Positions 26,068-38,903 of a stretch of 64,000 nt of DNA are shown here, piece after piece (positions within the stretch are counted from its first letter, which is position 1; every line of letters begins with the position of its first letter). The DNA is from Octopus sinensis (taxonomy: Eukaryota). The stretch covers positions 141,422,001-141,486,000 of the forward strand of contig NC_043000.1 in assembly GCF_006345805.1 (NCBI RefSeq), written 5' to 3'. The position numbers and the translations under genes were made by a program. The notes under the pieces were generated by a model, which was not told the origin of the DNA, ran no database searches, and saw nothing but the letters and a program-made list of their open reading frames with translations.

Positions 26068-26599
26068 TTTTTACACACACAACATGCAAAAATACACAGA
26101 TACACTCTCACACATACATACATACATACATACAGGTGCTCAAATACATACACGCACACCGACTCATCCTCATACTCACATACACACACACATGTTATAG
26201 AGATGTGACTTGATACTTGTCATGAATATGTCGTATAATGCTGCTTGAGTGTATCAATGTGTCCCGCTTCGTATTCCCTTCATCACTAAATAATTATACG
26301 TAATGCGAAATTACGAAAATCCCCAAGCTCAGCAGAAACACAACGTGTAATCGTTACAAACAGTCAGAACGTTGTGTACTCGACGAAAGCTTCATTACCA
26401 TACATTGTTCAACTGGTGGTCTTTTCCTGAATTGTTCCGATGTAGGTGATCGCAAACTACCTTAGTATCCGTCTTGAGACGTTGAGCTTCACAAATATAG
26501 GAAGGACACCGTTAATTAAAGCAACAATGGCAATTACAAGCCATTAATGGAAGCGTAAGTATCACATTGCAGACGTTTAGCCTGTACTACTCACACACT

Positions 26600-26641
<42 letters not shown>

Positions 26642-28739
26642 GATATATACATGTATGTACATGTATGCGTATATGCATGTACACACACGCTCGTGCGCAC
26701 ACATACACACACATAACACATACATAAAATCTCTATTCGTGCTTGAAGTAGTATAGGAACCAAAGAGGTGGTGTTTATTGCTACTTTAATGTGGCTGTTC
26801 TCTAAATCACGACGATACTGCTATTTTAACCCCCGGGTGACATCTCCAGCTGGTAAATTCAATGCGTTTTCGCAACCCGATATTTATTAGAAGCGGGAGA
26901 TAACTCCAGCCACCTTAGCTTCGAGATTACGAGACCACCAGATTTCGATCTTATTGGATTTCTTTGGTGGTGGGCACTCGTTTGCCAGGTATGGCAGTAG
27001 TCTAAACTCCCTTGCAATATGTGGAAAAATACAATGTTATTAAATCACTGATTTTGTAACTAGGAAACTAGACCGTTAGCAACCAAAAAGGCAGCATTTA
27101 CCCCACTTTAATGTAGTTGTTCTGTAAGAGACGACGATACTGTTATTTTAACACCAGCTTGTTAATTGGTTTTTTCCCCCATCTCTAGCTAAAACTTCTA
27201 CGTGAGAAACTTCTATGTGAGAAGCGAGTGAGGAGTATCACCAAATTATTATGAAAGAGGAAGTGAGCGTGACGCACAATTACGTCCCCTGAGAATAAAA
27301 CAGACAAGACTGTTTTTAACATGAATGACGTTGAAATTGCTCACAAGGCGGAATATTCCAAGAAAAAAACACCATTAAAAACCAATTCTGTCGACAGCAA
27401 CAACTGCAGCAACGATAATAACACAATTTCAAGTGGAACAAACTAGAAAAAATTCGTGGAATTCAACAATACCGAAAGATGGAAACGAAAACCAACCAAA
27501 ATCATAAAGTGTGTGATTTGACAAACGACACTATCAACACCGAAGACTACTACGCTCGACAAAGATATCATGAACAACAATAGCAGCAGCAGCAGTAGCA
27601 TCATCATCATCATCATCATCATCAACAAGAACAAGAACAACCACAACAACTATAGCAACAACAATAGCAACAATGAAAGAACAAACCGTCAATCCAGTAT
27701 AATGGCAATTACAAACAACAGTCTCTCTTTCGGTCATGGAATCAAGTCCTCTTTTGAGAGAGAAAATTTCTCTGAAGAAGAAATCAAAAACACCAGATAA
27801 TTGGTCGAGCGAGATGACCTGACTGTCAAACTCAACATCCACTCACATCGACACCACTCAAAATACCATACGTCACACAGTATCATTGGACTAAAGTCAA
27901 GAAAGGTGGAATGAGCTACTGAGGCTAAAATCCAAAAGGCATGTGGTTCCGTTTGGAACCTAAAAGAATATATCCAAAGAGGAAGGTGATATGGAACGGT
28001 GGAAATGAGATTTCAAACAAAGGAGGAAGCAACATCTCACAGTCTTGATGCCATGAAAAGGAAGAATTCCTATTATTTCCGTGGTAGGTACTTGTCGTCA
28101 GTGGTTTGTTATAGGAGACGCAGACATGCGCCACCCTGAAAAGGTTAATGTACACCAGACTCTATTGCAAAGATAATCACGCCGCCTTCTTTTAACCGGG
28201 TGGAGCGGGCAGTTTTTATATGCCTGGTGGCCGTAGCGAAAGCGGATGCATGATGGACGAGATTGAAAGGTCTGAAGACAAACACTTACTTCTTTCGCCT
28301 ATTCCTTATAAACTACTTCAAATCTCACTTGATGAGAAAATAAGGGTGGAGAGGAATGTGTTGCATGCCAACCCTTTTGTTGGAAGGTAGATGAAAGTAG
28401 CAAGCTAACAGGCCTGCCCTGAGCATACGCCTGTTTTTGGAGATAAGGAATTGAGAGAAGAACACCTGCCCCCAGACGGTAGCTGTGATTTTATATGTTG
28501 TTTTTTTTTCCTTGAGCATCTCTCGCTATTGAAGAATTCTTGTTGCTAAAATCTCTCTATTTTCTTTCTTTTCTTAAGACTCACAAAACCCTCACACACA
28601 TAGAAATATAGTATTTGTCCAGTACCTTCCTTAATGTTTTTCTTAACGGAATCCGTAGTGGTTGATAAAAACACCACCACCACCAACAACAACAACACCA
28701 CCAGCACTACCGCCACCACCACCACCACCATCGTCATTA

Positions 28740-29505
28740 TTATTAAGTGAGAGCAGAGGATGCCATCAAAGTGGCACTGGGGTAAAATATACGAAACCGA
28801 GTATACCCATCATAACAAAGCGTCTGATGAGGGTACACCAGGCACATGCTTCACAACCTAAATTTGAATATAATCAGCCCATGACCTTGCCCATGACCTT
28901 GCAGGTGAGGTCCAGTTAGAATTTTCTTCAAGTCGAGTAGCCCATCCCGCTCAAAAGCTCCCTGTATAAGAGTTATCTAAAAATGTTGAAGGAAACACCT
29001 ATGTTTCCAGAAATGAATTATTCAAACCCCGAAGAATTCCTCTCAGCACATAGCTATGATGCTCCTCCGCTACTTCTACTCGTGATCAGAGATGCACATT
29101 TCGTCAGTCACCAAAGGACATGATCAACTGGTTAAGGTCAAGCAATTGACAAGCAAATCTGTGGTATTGAGCAGAATATTAGCTGCAGCTCATATTTAAT
29201 ACCAAGACAGAGCATGTACAAGATAACACGTCCAAACAATTAAGATAAAAAGACATGTGAGCGAGTACCTGTTACTGCATCAAGGCATTATTAAAGGATT
29301 TTGAACGAAACATCTATGCTTCCACAAGTGAATTATTCAAACCCCAAAGAATTCCTTTCAACATATGGTTATGATGTTAGCCCAATACTTCTGCTCGTGA
29401 TCAGAGACGCGCATAACGTCAGCTACCAAGGGACATGATCAACTCGTTGAGGGTCAAACAACTGACAAGCAAATCTGCAGTATTGAGCAGAATATTTGCA
29501 GTATT
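28740..29505 (-). repeat. Interspersed-repeat-like segment with an internal duplication of about 200 bp (probable LINE 3' UTR)
   Basis: 28985-29187 resembles 29300-29502; (ATT)n-like tail at 28735. Confidence 0.5.
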
Positions 29506-29780
29506 CCTTCTTCTTCTTCTTCTTCTTCTTCTTCTTCTTCTTCTTCTTCTTTCTTCTTCTTCTTCTTCTTCTTCTTCTTCTTCTTCTCCTCCTCCTCTTC
29601 CTCTTCCTCCTCCTCCTCCTCCTTCTTCTTCTTCTTCTTCTTCTTCTTCTTCTCTTCTTCTTCTTCTCCTCCTCCTCTTCCTCCTCCTCCTCCTTCTTCT
29701 TCTTCTTCTTCTTCTTCTTCTTCTTCTTCTTCTTCTTCTTCTTCTTCTTCTTCTTCTTCTTCTTCTTCTTCTTCTTCTTC
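29505..29780. repeat. (TTC/TCC)n microsatellite
   Basis: Direct reading. Confidence 0.95.
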
Positions 29781-31109
29781 GCCTTTCATCCTTTCAGGGT
29801 CGATGAAATAAGTTCCAGTCGAGCACCGGTTTCTATGTAATCGACTGGTCTGCTTTTCCCCTTTGTATATTTTCAGTTATTTTCTAATATGATTACAGTA
29901 TGTCTCTACATCATATACAGACATTACGAGTCTCCTATTGCATGATCTGTTACAATTAGGTCTTATCTTGTAATCTATGACGGAACCTTTTATCTCAGAT
30001 TTAGAATATATTCTTAATTTAGGAAGGGATTCTTGTTAAATTGCATTTACTTTTAAGTCATAATATTTTATTAACCTTGTTTTCTGTGACATTTATTTAA
30101 CAAGGATTTACCTTATTTTATTTATTTTTATTTTTTTAACCTTTCATTCCATACATTTATTGAAAGAACTTTTTCTTGCTTTGATCTTTATCTACTCAAG
30201 ATTCCGTTTTTTACCTATCGTTTTCTTGGAAACAGTTAACAATTTCCAACGTTTGTTATTTTCGGTATGTGCCATAGATATTTATATATTTATATATACT
30301 AAATTTTCTCATTATTTTGCTTCCTTCATATTTTGACTGTCAAATGGAATGGCAGATGTATTGTAAATATTATTCATTTCATGTTCCTTTACTAATTGAT
30401 TTCGCAAACTAGATTTTTCTTGGTATATCTTCACTAAATAATTTTTAATAACAAGGCACGGGATAAAAGTCTCAGGAGAGCAAGGACATAGATAATTCAA
30501 GAAACCAATGTCATTGTGTAATGAAATAAAAAATCATCCAAGTTACAAATCGAGGGAAGGAACAAAATGAAACAATTGATCAAACACTTTTCTTTCCTCT
30601 GCAGCGGATTTAGGGTCAGAAATGTTTATATTGGATAGGTAAGTATTTCTGAAGCAATTATCCAACTGAATCCAGATATGCTGTTCAATTTTACCGGTTA
30701 CATCGTTTTTTAATACATATTACGTTGAACTTTCACAAACAATATAGTTTTCCTTGATTTTATGTCCTGGTATGGCTTTGGAGCAGTGAACCAGAGTGTG
30801 AAAAATGCTTTATTATAACACCCCCTCCCTTGCATAAAGTATTGCAAAAATTTATGAATTTGACTGATTTTGTGCATTTGATAGTTTAATTGTAGTAAGA
30901 TTTCGGCTAAAATGGGAATGTATTTTTGCCTAAGATAGAGTAAATACGAAAGGAGGCCCAAGATTGCTTTATTCTATTGCTATAAAATGTTGAACACCAC
31001 AAGGTGTGCAGGTTATATACATATAATCTGATATCCTTAAAAGACATCAAATACCATTATGAAGGAAGAGATCTCTGTTTCTTAGACATCCATAAATGTT
31101 TTAGCGTTT

Positions 31110-31680
31110 GGCGATCCCTTTTTATACTCGAACAGTAATCAAGCATCATATTCACATCTCATCTCCCTTGATATCCCTCCTCAATTACCTTCCTATGTTG
31201 GTGGAATATTACTCTCTTTTCATTACTGATATCTTCCAAATTCTGTGGAGATTGATGCTAGTGATAGAATAGAAATGTTTCTTGAACGTCATTTTGAATT
31301 CCAGCGAACAAAAAGACCAGGGCATTTTTTCAACAGTTTCTTTGTATTTGGCTGCTTAGTTGTTGCCAAGAAAGTTAATTTTTTTTAGTGATGTCATCTT
31401 ATGCGTATAATTTGCAGTCTTTTGTTGAGTTCAAGATTCCGTATCAATAGAAAAGAACAAAACCTTGTCCTCTTTTTGTTTTTTTCCTTTATCGTAGGCA
31501 AATATGGCCGAAACCTTAGAACAATTAAACTATCTATGCACAAAATCAGGTTTATTTATAATTTTACTAAATTTTATGCAAAGAAAGAGCGATAATAAAG
31601 CATCTTCACGCTTTATTACGCTGCTCCAAAGTTAGAGTGGGAGAAAACTACGTTTTTTTTTCTATGAAAACAAAGAAGGT
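31110..31680 (-). mobile_element. Decayed DNA transposase C-terminus, Chapaev3-like (CMC)
   Basis: Minus-strand translation NFLGNN*AAKYKETVEKM...MTFKKHF...SPQNLEDISNEKRVIFHQHRKVIEEGYQGR*DVNMMLDYCSSIKRD matches the FLGN..FPENLG.VSDEQGERFHQ..RYQGRW..MMADYCW motif series; family name assigned from recall. Confidence 0.7.
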
Positions 31681-33202
31681 AGTGAGCATACAAAAATCCT
31701 GAAATGATTGGTGAAAAGAATAGCATATCTGGATTTATCTAAAAAAAAGTGCTTCAGAAACATTTGTCACTCCAAAACAAATATTTCCGTCTCCAAATTA
31801 TGTAGTCCTGTGTAATATACAATTTAGTCGTTAATATTTATTTCTACACTGAATACTGAGATATAGTTTGAGAATATTTCTGAATTAGGAGTCCATTTTC
31901 ATGTTTTGTGCGCTCTCAAGTGCATTCAATTTGAAATATCTCTTATTTTTTTATCGTTATCTAATTCCTTTATTTCAGTGTGTACTTAACCTTATATCGT
32001 TCACTTCTAAAAGCAACATTGCCACATTTACTAATTGAATAGTTGTGTGGCATATCATTGGATTTTTCTTCCAAGGATAAAGCTATGTTGAATTGTTACC
32101 AAGCCATTTCCGTATGGGTTAACGTGTTTTTGTTTCAAACCATATTAGGAAGTTGTTTGATCTCTCTACAATGCGTTACGTTAAAAAACAGAAGTTTATT
32201 ATTGTTAGTAATATTTTGATATGTTTTCAGGAATTCCCATGGACAAAATAGACTCACCCAATAGACTCACACTTGAACATTCCAAATCCAAAGTATGTTT
32301 ATTGTATTTCATATGATAGTTACAACATTTGGATTTTTCGCTACGCAATATCAGTACTTGTGTCGTCATTTCATGCAACCGTTAAAGGGAAATGTGCCTT
32401 CATCATGTTGCAAACTTCCGATAAATGAAACAAATTGACCCTCAGCTGTATGTAACGTTAACACAGTCTCACTATAGTGTATTGGACAACGATAACCGAC
32501 TTCTGTCAACACTAGATTGAAACGAGGAATATACTGATAAAAGTTTAGCCGCTTCTGTATTCGGTGATGTGTTGACCTACCGATATTCAAAGAGAAAGAA
32601 GCTAGAGATATTGATGTTTGCTTGCAAGTAACAATGAAATTACTGACACGTTCTCTTGATTGTTCTGCTGTAACTTCAAAGGGACGGTATTTCGCTTTTT
32701 ATCTGTTATACTGGATTTCGTCAAGTTTACAGAATTATATGTTATTGAGCTTTGTGATACGGCTTGAGGTGATTGAACTTTTTCCCCGAGAGAAATGACT
32801 ATTGGAGGAAGATGTAAATACTTAGAGACGCTTGTTTCAGGAAATATTGACAGTAAAGCGGGTGCTAAAACAGTTGGTGCAGTGTGCCAAAAAAATTTAA
32901 TCAAATATAATTACAGACATACTGATGAGAAATCACCCACTACATTAATGAATAACTCCGATTAAGAAAGACAGGTGAGAGAAAGCTGGAATTTAAATTA
33001 AGATTTTAAAAATCCAGAATGCAAGATGTATTAAATAAAAGATATAGAGTGATCTTTGATAATTTTCACCGTGCGGCCAATGATCATGGTCTTCATGTTC
33101 TAGTATAAATTTTAATTCCGATTTGTCTATATTGATTTCTTGATCAGGGTAAGTCATTAATTATGTTAATAGATGTTTTTCTGCTTTCCTCCCCTTCTGC
33201 TG

Positions 33203-33247
<45 letters not shown>

Positions 33248-33258
33248 AATTATATATA

Positions 33259-33740
33259 GGATAAAATTTTTATCGGAAAAAAAAAAATATCAATGGCCAG
33301 CATATCAAAAAATGCCTTTAAAGGTAAAATTTATACATAATTTACAAGATAAGGGCAGAAGAAAAATTCTAATGCCAAATATGCCGAAACAAAAAATTTT
33401 TTTGTCGATAACCATTAAAATTTATGCGTCTCGAAATAAACCGATAGAAATCTCTAAAAAATTCGTTATTACCGTATTGGTCCAATTTCGGGGTTAATTC
33501 ACAAGAAATTTTCCCCTCTTCAGCGGCAAATACGCGAGATATAAATGAAATACTTACTCATACCCAAGAAAAAGCAAGCACTAAGTCCCGAGCAGACTTA
33601 AGTACCCCAAATATATCCAAAATAGAAAAAATCTTCGGCGCACCTCGAGACACGTGTGATTCGAACTAGAAAATTTCACAGAGTGATAGAATCCGGAAGT
33701 TAACACTAATCAATTAATTAACAATTTTACCAAGTAGATC
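33259..33740 (-). mobile_element. TA-adjacent hammerhead-bearing insert (Penelope-like terminal repeat); boundaries approximate
   Basis: Begins at the edge of (TA)n 33203-33258 and carries the hammerhead motif. Confidence 0.5.
33464..33534 (-). ncRNA. Type I hammerhead ribozyme with intact core and palindromic stem III
   Basis: uauuugccg-CUGAAGA-GGGG(19 nt)CCCC-GAAA-UUGG a CCAA-UA|cgguaaua; predicted cleavage between 33475 and 33474. Confidence 0.8.
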
Positions 33741-33920
33741 GGTACGTTAAAATTACCTGGTGTGTTCCATTGGGATTGCACTATGCGAAAGCAACACGAA
33801 TGCGAGGAAGTATATAGTGACCAGCGGTGTATAACAATGTCCCATAGTCTGATCAATACAGTGTTACACTGATACATGCATGTATGTTATGTATGTATGT
33901 ATGTATGTGTATGTATGTAC

Positions 33921-33992
<72 letters not shown>
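33921..33992. repeat. (GATA)n microsatellite
   Basis: Direct reading. Confidence 0.95.
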
Positions 33993-33994
<2 letters not shown>

Positions 33995-34607
33995 ATAAAT
34001 ATAAATTATACATATGTTAATTTGTATGTACGTCTTACGTCAAGGGACTTTGTATATGCACATGTACACAGATATATCGAGAGTATTTGCGAATATATGT
34101 GTGTCTGTGTCTGAAACTTGTAATGAAACAACCCGGAAAATTTGTTTGTCATTTGTTGGCTTTTAAAGTTCGGAAGTTTATCTGACATAGAAACACTTCA
34201 ATTTATCAAATCTTCAATCTCTTAATCTGATATGATTCCCTGAAGGTACTTTAAAGGATTATGTAAGCATTTAGCTGATGGACTTTCCTACAGCTGCAGG
34301 CGAAAAAAAAATAATAATAAATGACGTAAAAATAAATATAAATGAAAAAAAAAAAATACAATTTTGAAAATTTTCAAGAAATCAGTGTTTTTATAGCCAC
34401 AGTACAATTACACTGTAGACGTAATGGTTGATTTCTCAATCATAGATGATTCCCCGAGAAATTCGATTTTATCGATTATTTCTTCTAACCAAAAAGAAAG
34501 AAACAAGCTGATGATGTAGACACCCGCGTCCGCGTGCGCTCACACACATAGAGAAGCACACACACACACACAGAAGCATACACGTATATGTACGTTAAGT
34601 ATATATG

Positions 34608-34636
<29 letters not shown>

Positions 34637-34638
<2 letters not shown>

Positions 34639-34684
34639 CTCCGATGAAGGGATATAAAAAATATCCCGGAAACAGCTGTAAGAC
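34637..34684 (+). ncRNA. Minimal type I hammerhead ribozyme (U4C variant)
   Basis: gucu-CCGAUGA-a GGGAUAU aaaaa AUAUCCC g-GAAA-CAGCUG-UA|agac; predicted cleavage after 34680. Confidence 0.75.
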
Positions 34685-34832
34685 CTATTTATAAATGTTC
34701 TAAAATCTTCACAGCCTTGGGTTTTTTTTATCTCATTCTGAAAAAAATTATATATACATATATATGCATAGATAAATAGATAAGCAGATATATAATATAT
34801 ACATACACACCAGACACCCACATATATATATA

Positions 34833-34863
<31 letters not shown>

Positions 34864-34946
34864 GGTAGATAGATAGATAGATATATTGATTGAGTGAGTG
34901 ATTGATTGATAAATAAACTGATGACTAGACTGATAGAGAGACATAT

Positions 34947-34984
<38 letters not shown>

Positions 34985-35405
34985 GCAGATAGATCAATAG
35001 ATATCACCATCTACAAACACACACACACGTATTCACAAATTTAAATACATGTAAAATATGCTCCAAGCGACGTTCACATACGAACACAACGACCACATTT
35101 AGAATATTCTCTTTCGCTAATATACGTATACCCAAGCTTATACATATGCACATTATCGAATTATTTCTCTTGGCGAATTGTCTTACTGAATATATGTAAT
35201 AAACGTTGAAATAGAAAATAGGTGAAATGTAGTTTCATCAAAACTTAAAGATAAATTTTAATGAGGACCAGTTAACTGGACTCTATGTTGTAAACATCGC
35301 AGCTATAAAATTGTAAACATTCAACGCGCTTTACCCTCTTGACACGTGAAAAAATGCTTGGTGGAACTCTTCTTGATTTCAAAGTAATTTCTTCATAAGC
35401 AGCCC

Positions 35406-35505
35406 NNNNNNNNNNNNNNNNNNNNNNNNNNNNNNNNNNNNNNNNNNNNNNNNNNNNNNNNNNNNNNNNNNNNNNNNNNNNNNNNNNNNNNNNNNNNNNN
35501 NNNNN
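35406..35505. other. Assembly gap (100 N)
   Basis: N run. Confidence 1.
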
Positions 35506-36105
35506 TCTTTCTTTTCTCTCACGCTGACACTCTCATACACACTAGCACACACACACACACACACCACACACACACACACACACACACCACACACACGAAT
35601 GCTCACAATTGTCGATGATCCATGGAAACTTTTTCGTGCTGCAATTTACTTTTCAGACATTTTATGATGATCATACAAAAACAACTTCTATTGGCTTTGT
35701 TGTTGTTGTTGTTGTTATTATTGTTGATGTAAAAATTATTGTGAATTAAGATTAGATGAAATATAGTAACTTGACAGTCTGAATTCATAGGAATATTTCT
35801 GAGATTATTGTATGTCATGTTATATTACTATAACCCCAGGTCGACTCTGATTGATCAGGCATATGATGAAAGACTTTCCAGCCGCAAGCATCCACTCTTG
35901 TCCATTTGGGTTTACTGTCTCCAACGTCTTCTTAGATTTTAACACTGCGGTGTGTGACTTGATTGAAGATTGGTTGTTATATTCAGAAGTCCAAATGACT
36001 CCGCACAGTTATTCTCATTATCTGGGTTATGAAAGGGTTTGCAGCGGAGTTTAGTGCATAGAACTCACTGAATAGGGCTTTTAAAATGTTATGCATACAT
36101 ATATA

Positions 36106-36324
36106 TATTTCTTTATTGCCCACATGAGGCTAAACATAGAGGGGACAGACAAAGACAGACTAAGGGATTAAGTAGATTACATCGACTCCAGTGCGTAACT
36201 GGTACTTTATTTATCGACCCCGAAAGGATGAAAGGCAAAGTCGACCCAGCAGAATTTGAACTCAGAACGTAGCGGCAGACGAAATACCGATAAGCATTTC
36301 GCCCGGCGCGCTGACGTTTCTGCC
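36106..36324 (-). mobile_element. SINE family B, 5'-truncated
   Basis: Match to family B. Confidence 0.87.
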
Positions 36325-36429
36325 ATGCATACATAAATAGATATATAATAATATAGACATACAACATGTAGATATATGCATATCTATAGAAGGTGTGTCT
36401 GCTATTTGGGAACAAAAGTTAATTTAAGG

Positions 36430-37480
36430 AAACAAAAATATTTATTAGAAAAAGCAATATACTTTTATAGAATTTGGTATACACATTCTTACATACACAT
36501 TACAAAATGTTTATTCGATAAAACCGCTATCAATCTCCATTACAGCCTCGATACCGCTTCGGACATGACTAAATTCGTTAATGAGGTCATTTGTATTCAT
36601 ACTGGCCATACCATACTCAGTAGCAAACATCTACGAGTCCTTGGTATTGTGGTTACGCTTGTTGGTCCTGCCTCTCAAAAAACTCCCGAGCTATAGTGCT
36701 CGGAGAGCTAGGAGTCCAAATGTTAGGGGTAACATGATCATAAAAATGTTCGGCCATTCATTTCCGGATCGTACCTGCTGTGTGAAGAGGAAGTAGGTTT
36801 TTCTGGAACATGTTCGGCCTTACACGAATAAATCTCTTGATCAAGGGCTTGAAAACCGTCTCCATTTTCTCGGCAAAAAGTGAGGAGGTGTGGCACAGTC
36901 TCATTGCCAACAACCTCTGGTGCCATCACAGGCGATGGGAACTAGATGTGTATAACAGTGAAGACATCAATGTGGACGACGCAGGTTCAGCTGTCGTTCT
37001 TCACGAGCCAGAACATGTCGGGCTCCTGAGAGTGCTCGAGTTTGTTCAGCAAGCACTTCCGCGAGTATCACAAGATTCTTCTGATCCGGGTTTTATCAGA
37101 TATGAATAAACCTCTTGTCATACCATTGGAATTGTTTTTGAAGCCTTCTTGAACTACACATCTTATCCTTGACTCCGACACATAGAGATAATTTGTATTG
37201 GCTCTTATTGATTAGCCAAGATTCCCGTTGATGCTGCCCCGGGCTTCATGGACGAACTTGACTTTCATGACAATATCTGAGCGCCGAAAATGCATTTTTC
37301 TTCTTATGGCTACAGGAGACACATCCCCACTCGAAGCCCAAAGCTTTTTCTGATTTTAAATACGGTTGAACTGGTGACACTTAAGGTTTCAAGTGGAGAA
37401 CCACTGGGGTTAACAGTTAAGCCTTTTCATCGTCTGCGTTAGGTTCAAAGGTTCCATGTTAAGTTTGTGAGAAAAGAAAA
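36430..37480 (-). mobile_element. Decayed Tc1/mariner-superfamily transposase, maT/DD37D-like
   Basis: Minus-strand motifs FPSPVMAPEVVGNE (compare FPASVMVWGVVSNE) and HVTPNIWTPSSP (compare WPPSSPD); many stops and frameshifts. Confidence 0.65.
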
Positions 37481-37717
37481 TAGTCAAAGTTTGGGCTACA
37501 TATGTTTCTTAAAAGCTTTATAGTTTTATTCTCAACTAGCCGATGTATCTTTTATATATGTATATATGCATGTATCTGTACGCATAACATATATGTGTGC
37601 ATATATATAACATAACATATATATATATATATATAGATATATATATATATATATATATAATATATATATAATATAGCATAAGCACGCACACACACACACA
37701 CATATAAATATATATAT

Positions 37718-37835
37718 TGGCCTGCTCACTTAGCCAGCGGGGTGGCGTCATTCGAAGGCTAAAACAATGCGAACGCATTATGGCCAGTGATGTGTAACAA
37801 CATCTGATGGTCTGGTCGGTCACGTGATCACCTGA
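37718..37835. repeat. Small hairpin-rich insert within (TA)n
   Basis: GC-richer 118 bp between TA arrays; hairpins AATGCG-AA-CGCATT and GATGT..ACATC; related remnant at 33817-33865. Confidence 0.5.
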
Positions 37836-37850
37836 TATATATAATATATT

Positions 37851-37882
<32 letters not shown>

Positions 37883-38194
37883 TTCCTCTGCTATTCTCTA
37901 AATTACAGCAGGCTTACAACTTATGCTTTATTTTCTAAACTCGTTCTGCCACAGATATAACAAAAGGAAACAATGTAAATATTTTGGGTTCCAATATTGA
38001 TGTAAATATGTTTAAAAAATGGTTTATCCTTTATTTTCGAAGTGTACGTCGTCATCTGACGAGAACGGATTCTTTCGAATCGACGTAATGTTTACATTAA
38101 TCAACTAAATGAGCCTCTTGAAACACCGCCCCCCATACATACATACATACATTACATACATACATACATACACATACATACATACATACACAAC

Positions 38195-38276
<82 letters not shown>

Positions 38277-38318
38277 TAATTTATAATGTATATGTACATA
38301 CACCCATACATACATAAA

Positions 38319-38369
<51 letters not shown>

Positions 38370-38396
38370 TGTATATATATATATATATATATATAG

Positions 38397-38733
38397 GGTT
38401 CAGAATTCCAATTCAAACAAGGAGAAATATTTAAGATCAAATCAAATTTCACCTGTGCCTCAGCAAATGTAATCTGTGTCATGGCATGCATAGGATGTGG
38501 TGAACTCTATATTGGACAAACAGGAATTTCGCTTCGTCAAAGAATTACCATTCACAAAGAGCAAATCCGTCAGGTGTGCCAGGAATCTTAATCCCAATTT
38601 CCAAATATTTCCCTTTTACCAATGTTCACAGAACACCACAATGCAACAAAGGTTGAATAAAGAGGCATTTTTCATCAATAAATTTCTCTCCCAACTAAAT
38701 ATGAACACACAACTCAATACAGAACACCACTAA
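38397..38733 (+). mobile_element. Penelope-like element GIY-YIG endonuclease fragment (frameshifted)
   Basis: [49 protein letters not shown], then a shifted frame ..QRLNKEAFFINKFLSQLN*; typical PLE C..NVIY.I.C..C...YIGQT pattern; starts at a (TA)n edge. Confidence 0.85.
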
Positions 38734-38903
38734 CTCTTCAATTGAATCCACTAACCCCTATACACTTCCTACATCACTCACATCTCTAAATCCAGAACTA
38801 CTTACCTCCCTTACAAAAAATCCAGAACTACTTACCTCCCTTACAAATAATCTTTTTTCTCAGGAACTATTAGACCTGACACCGTGTATTAGCCGATGTT
38901 TTT

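Noticed and set aside
28070-28105. Minus-strand CUGACGA...GAAA
   Set aside because: Stems I and II do not form
29435-29840. Poly-Leu, poly-Glu and poly-Phe ORFs
   Set aside because: (TTC)n microsatellite
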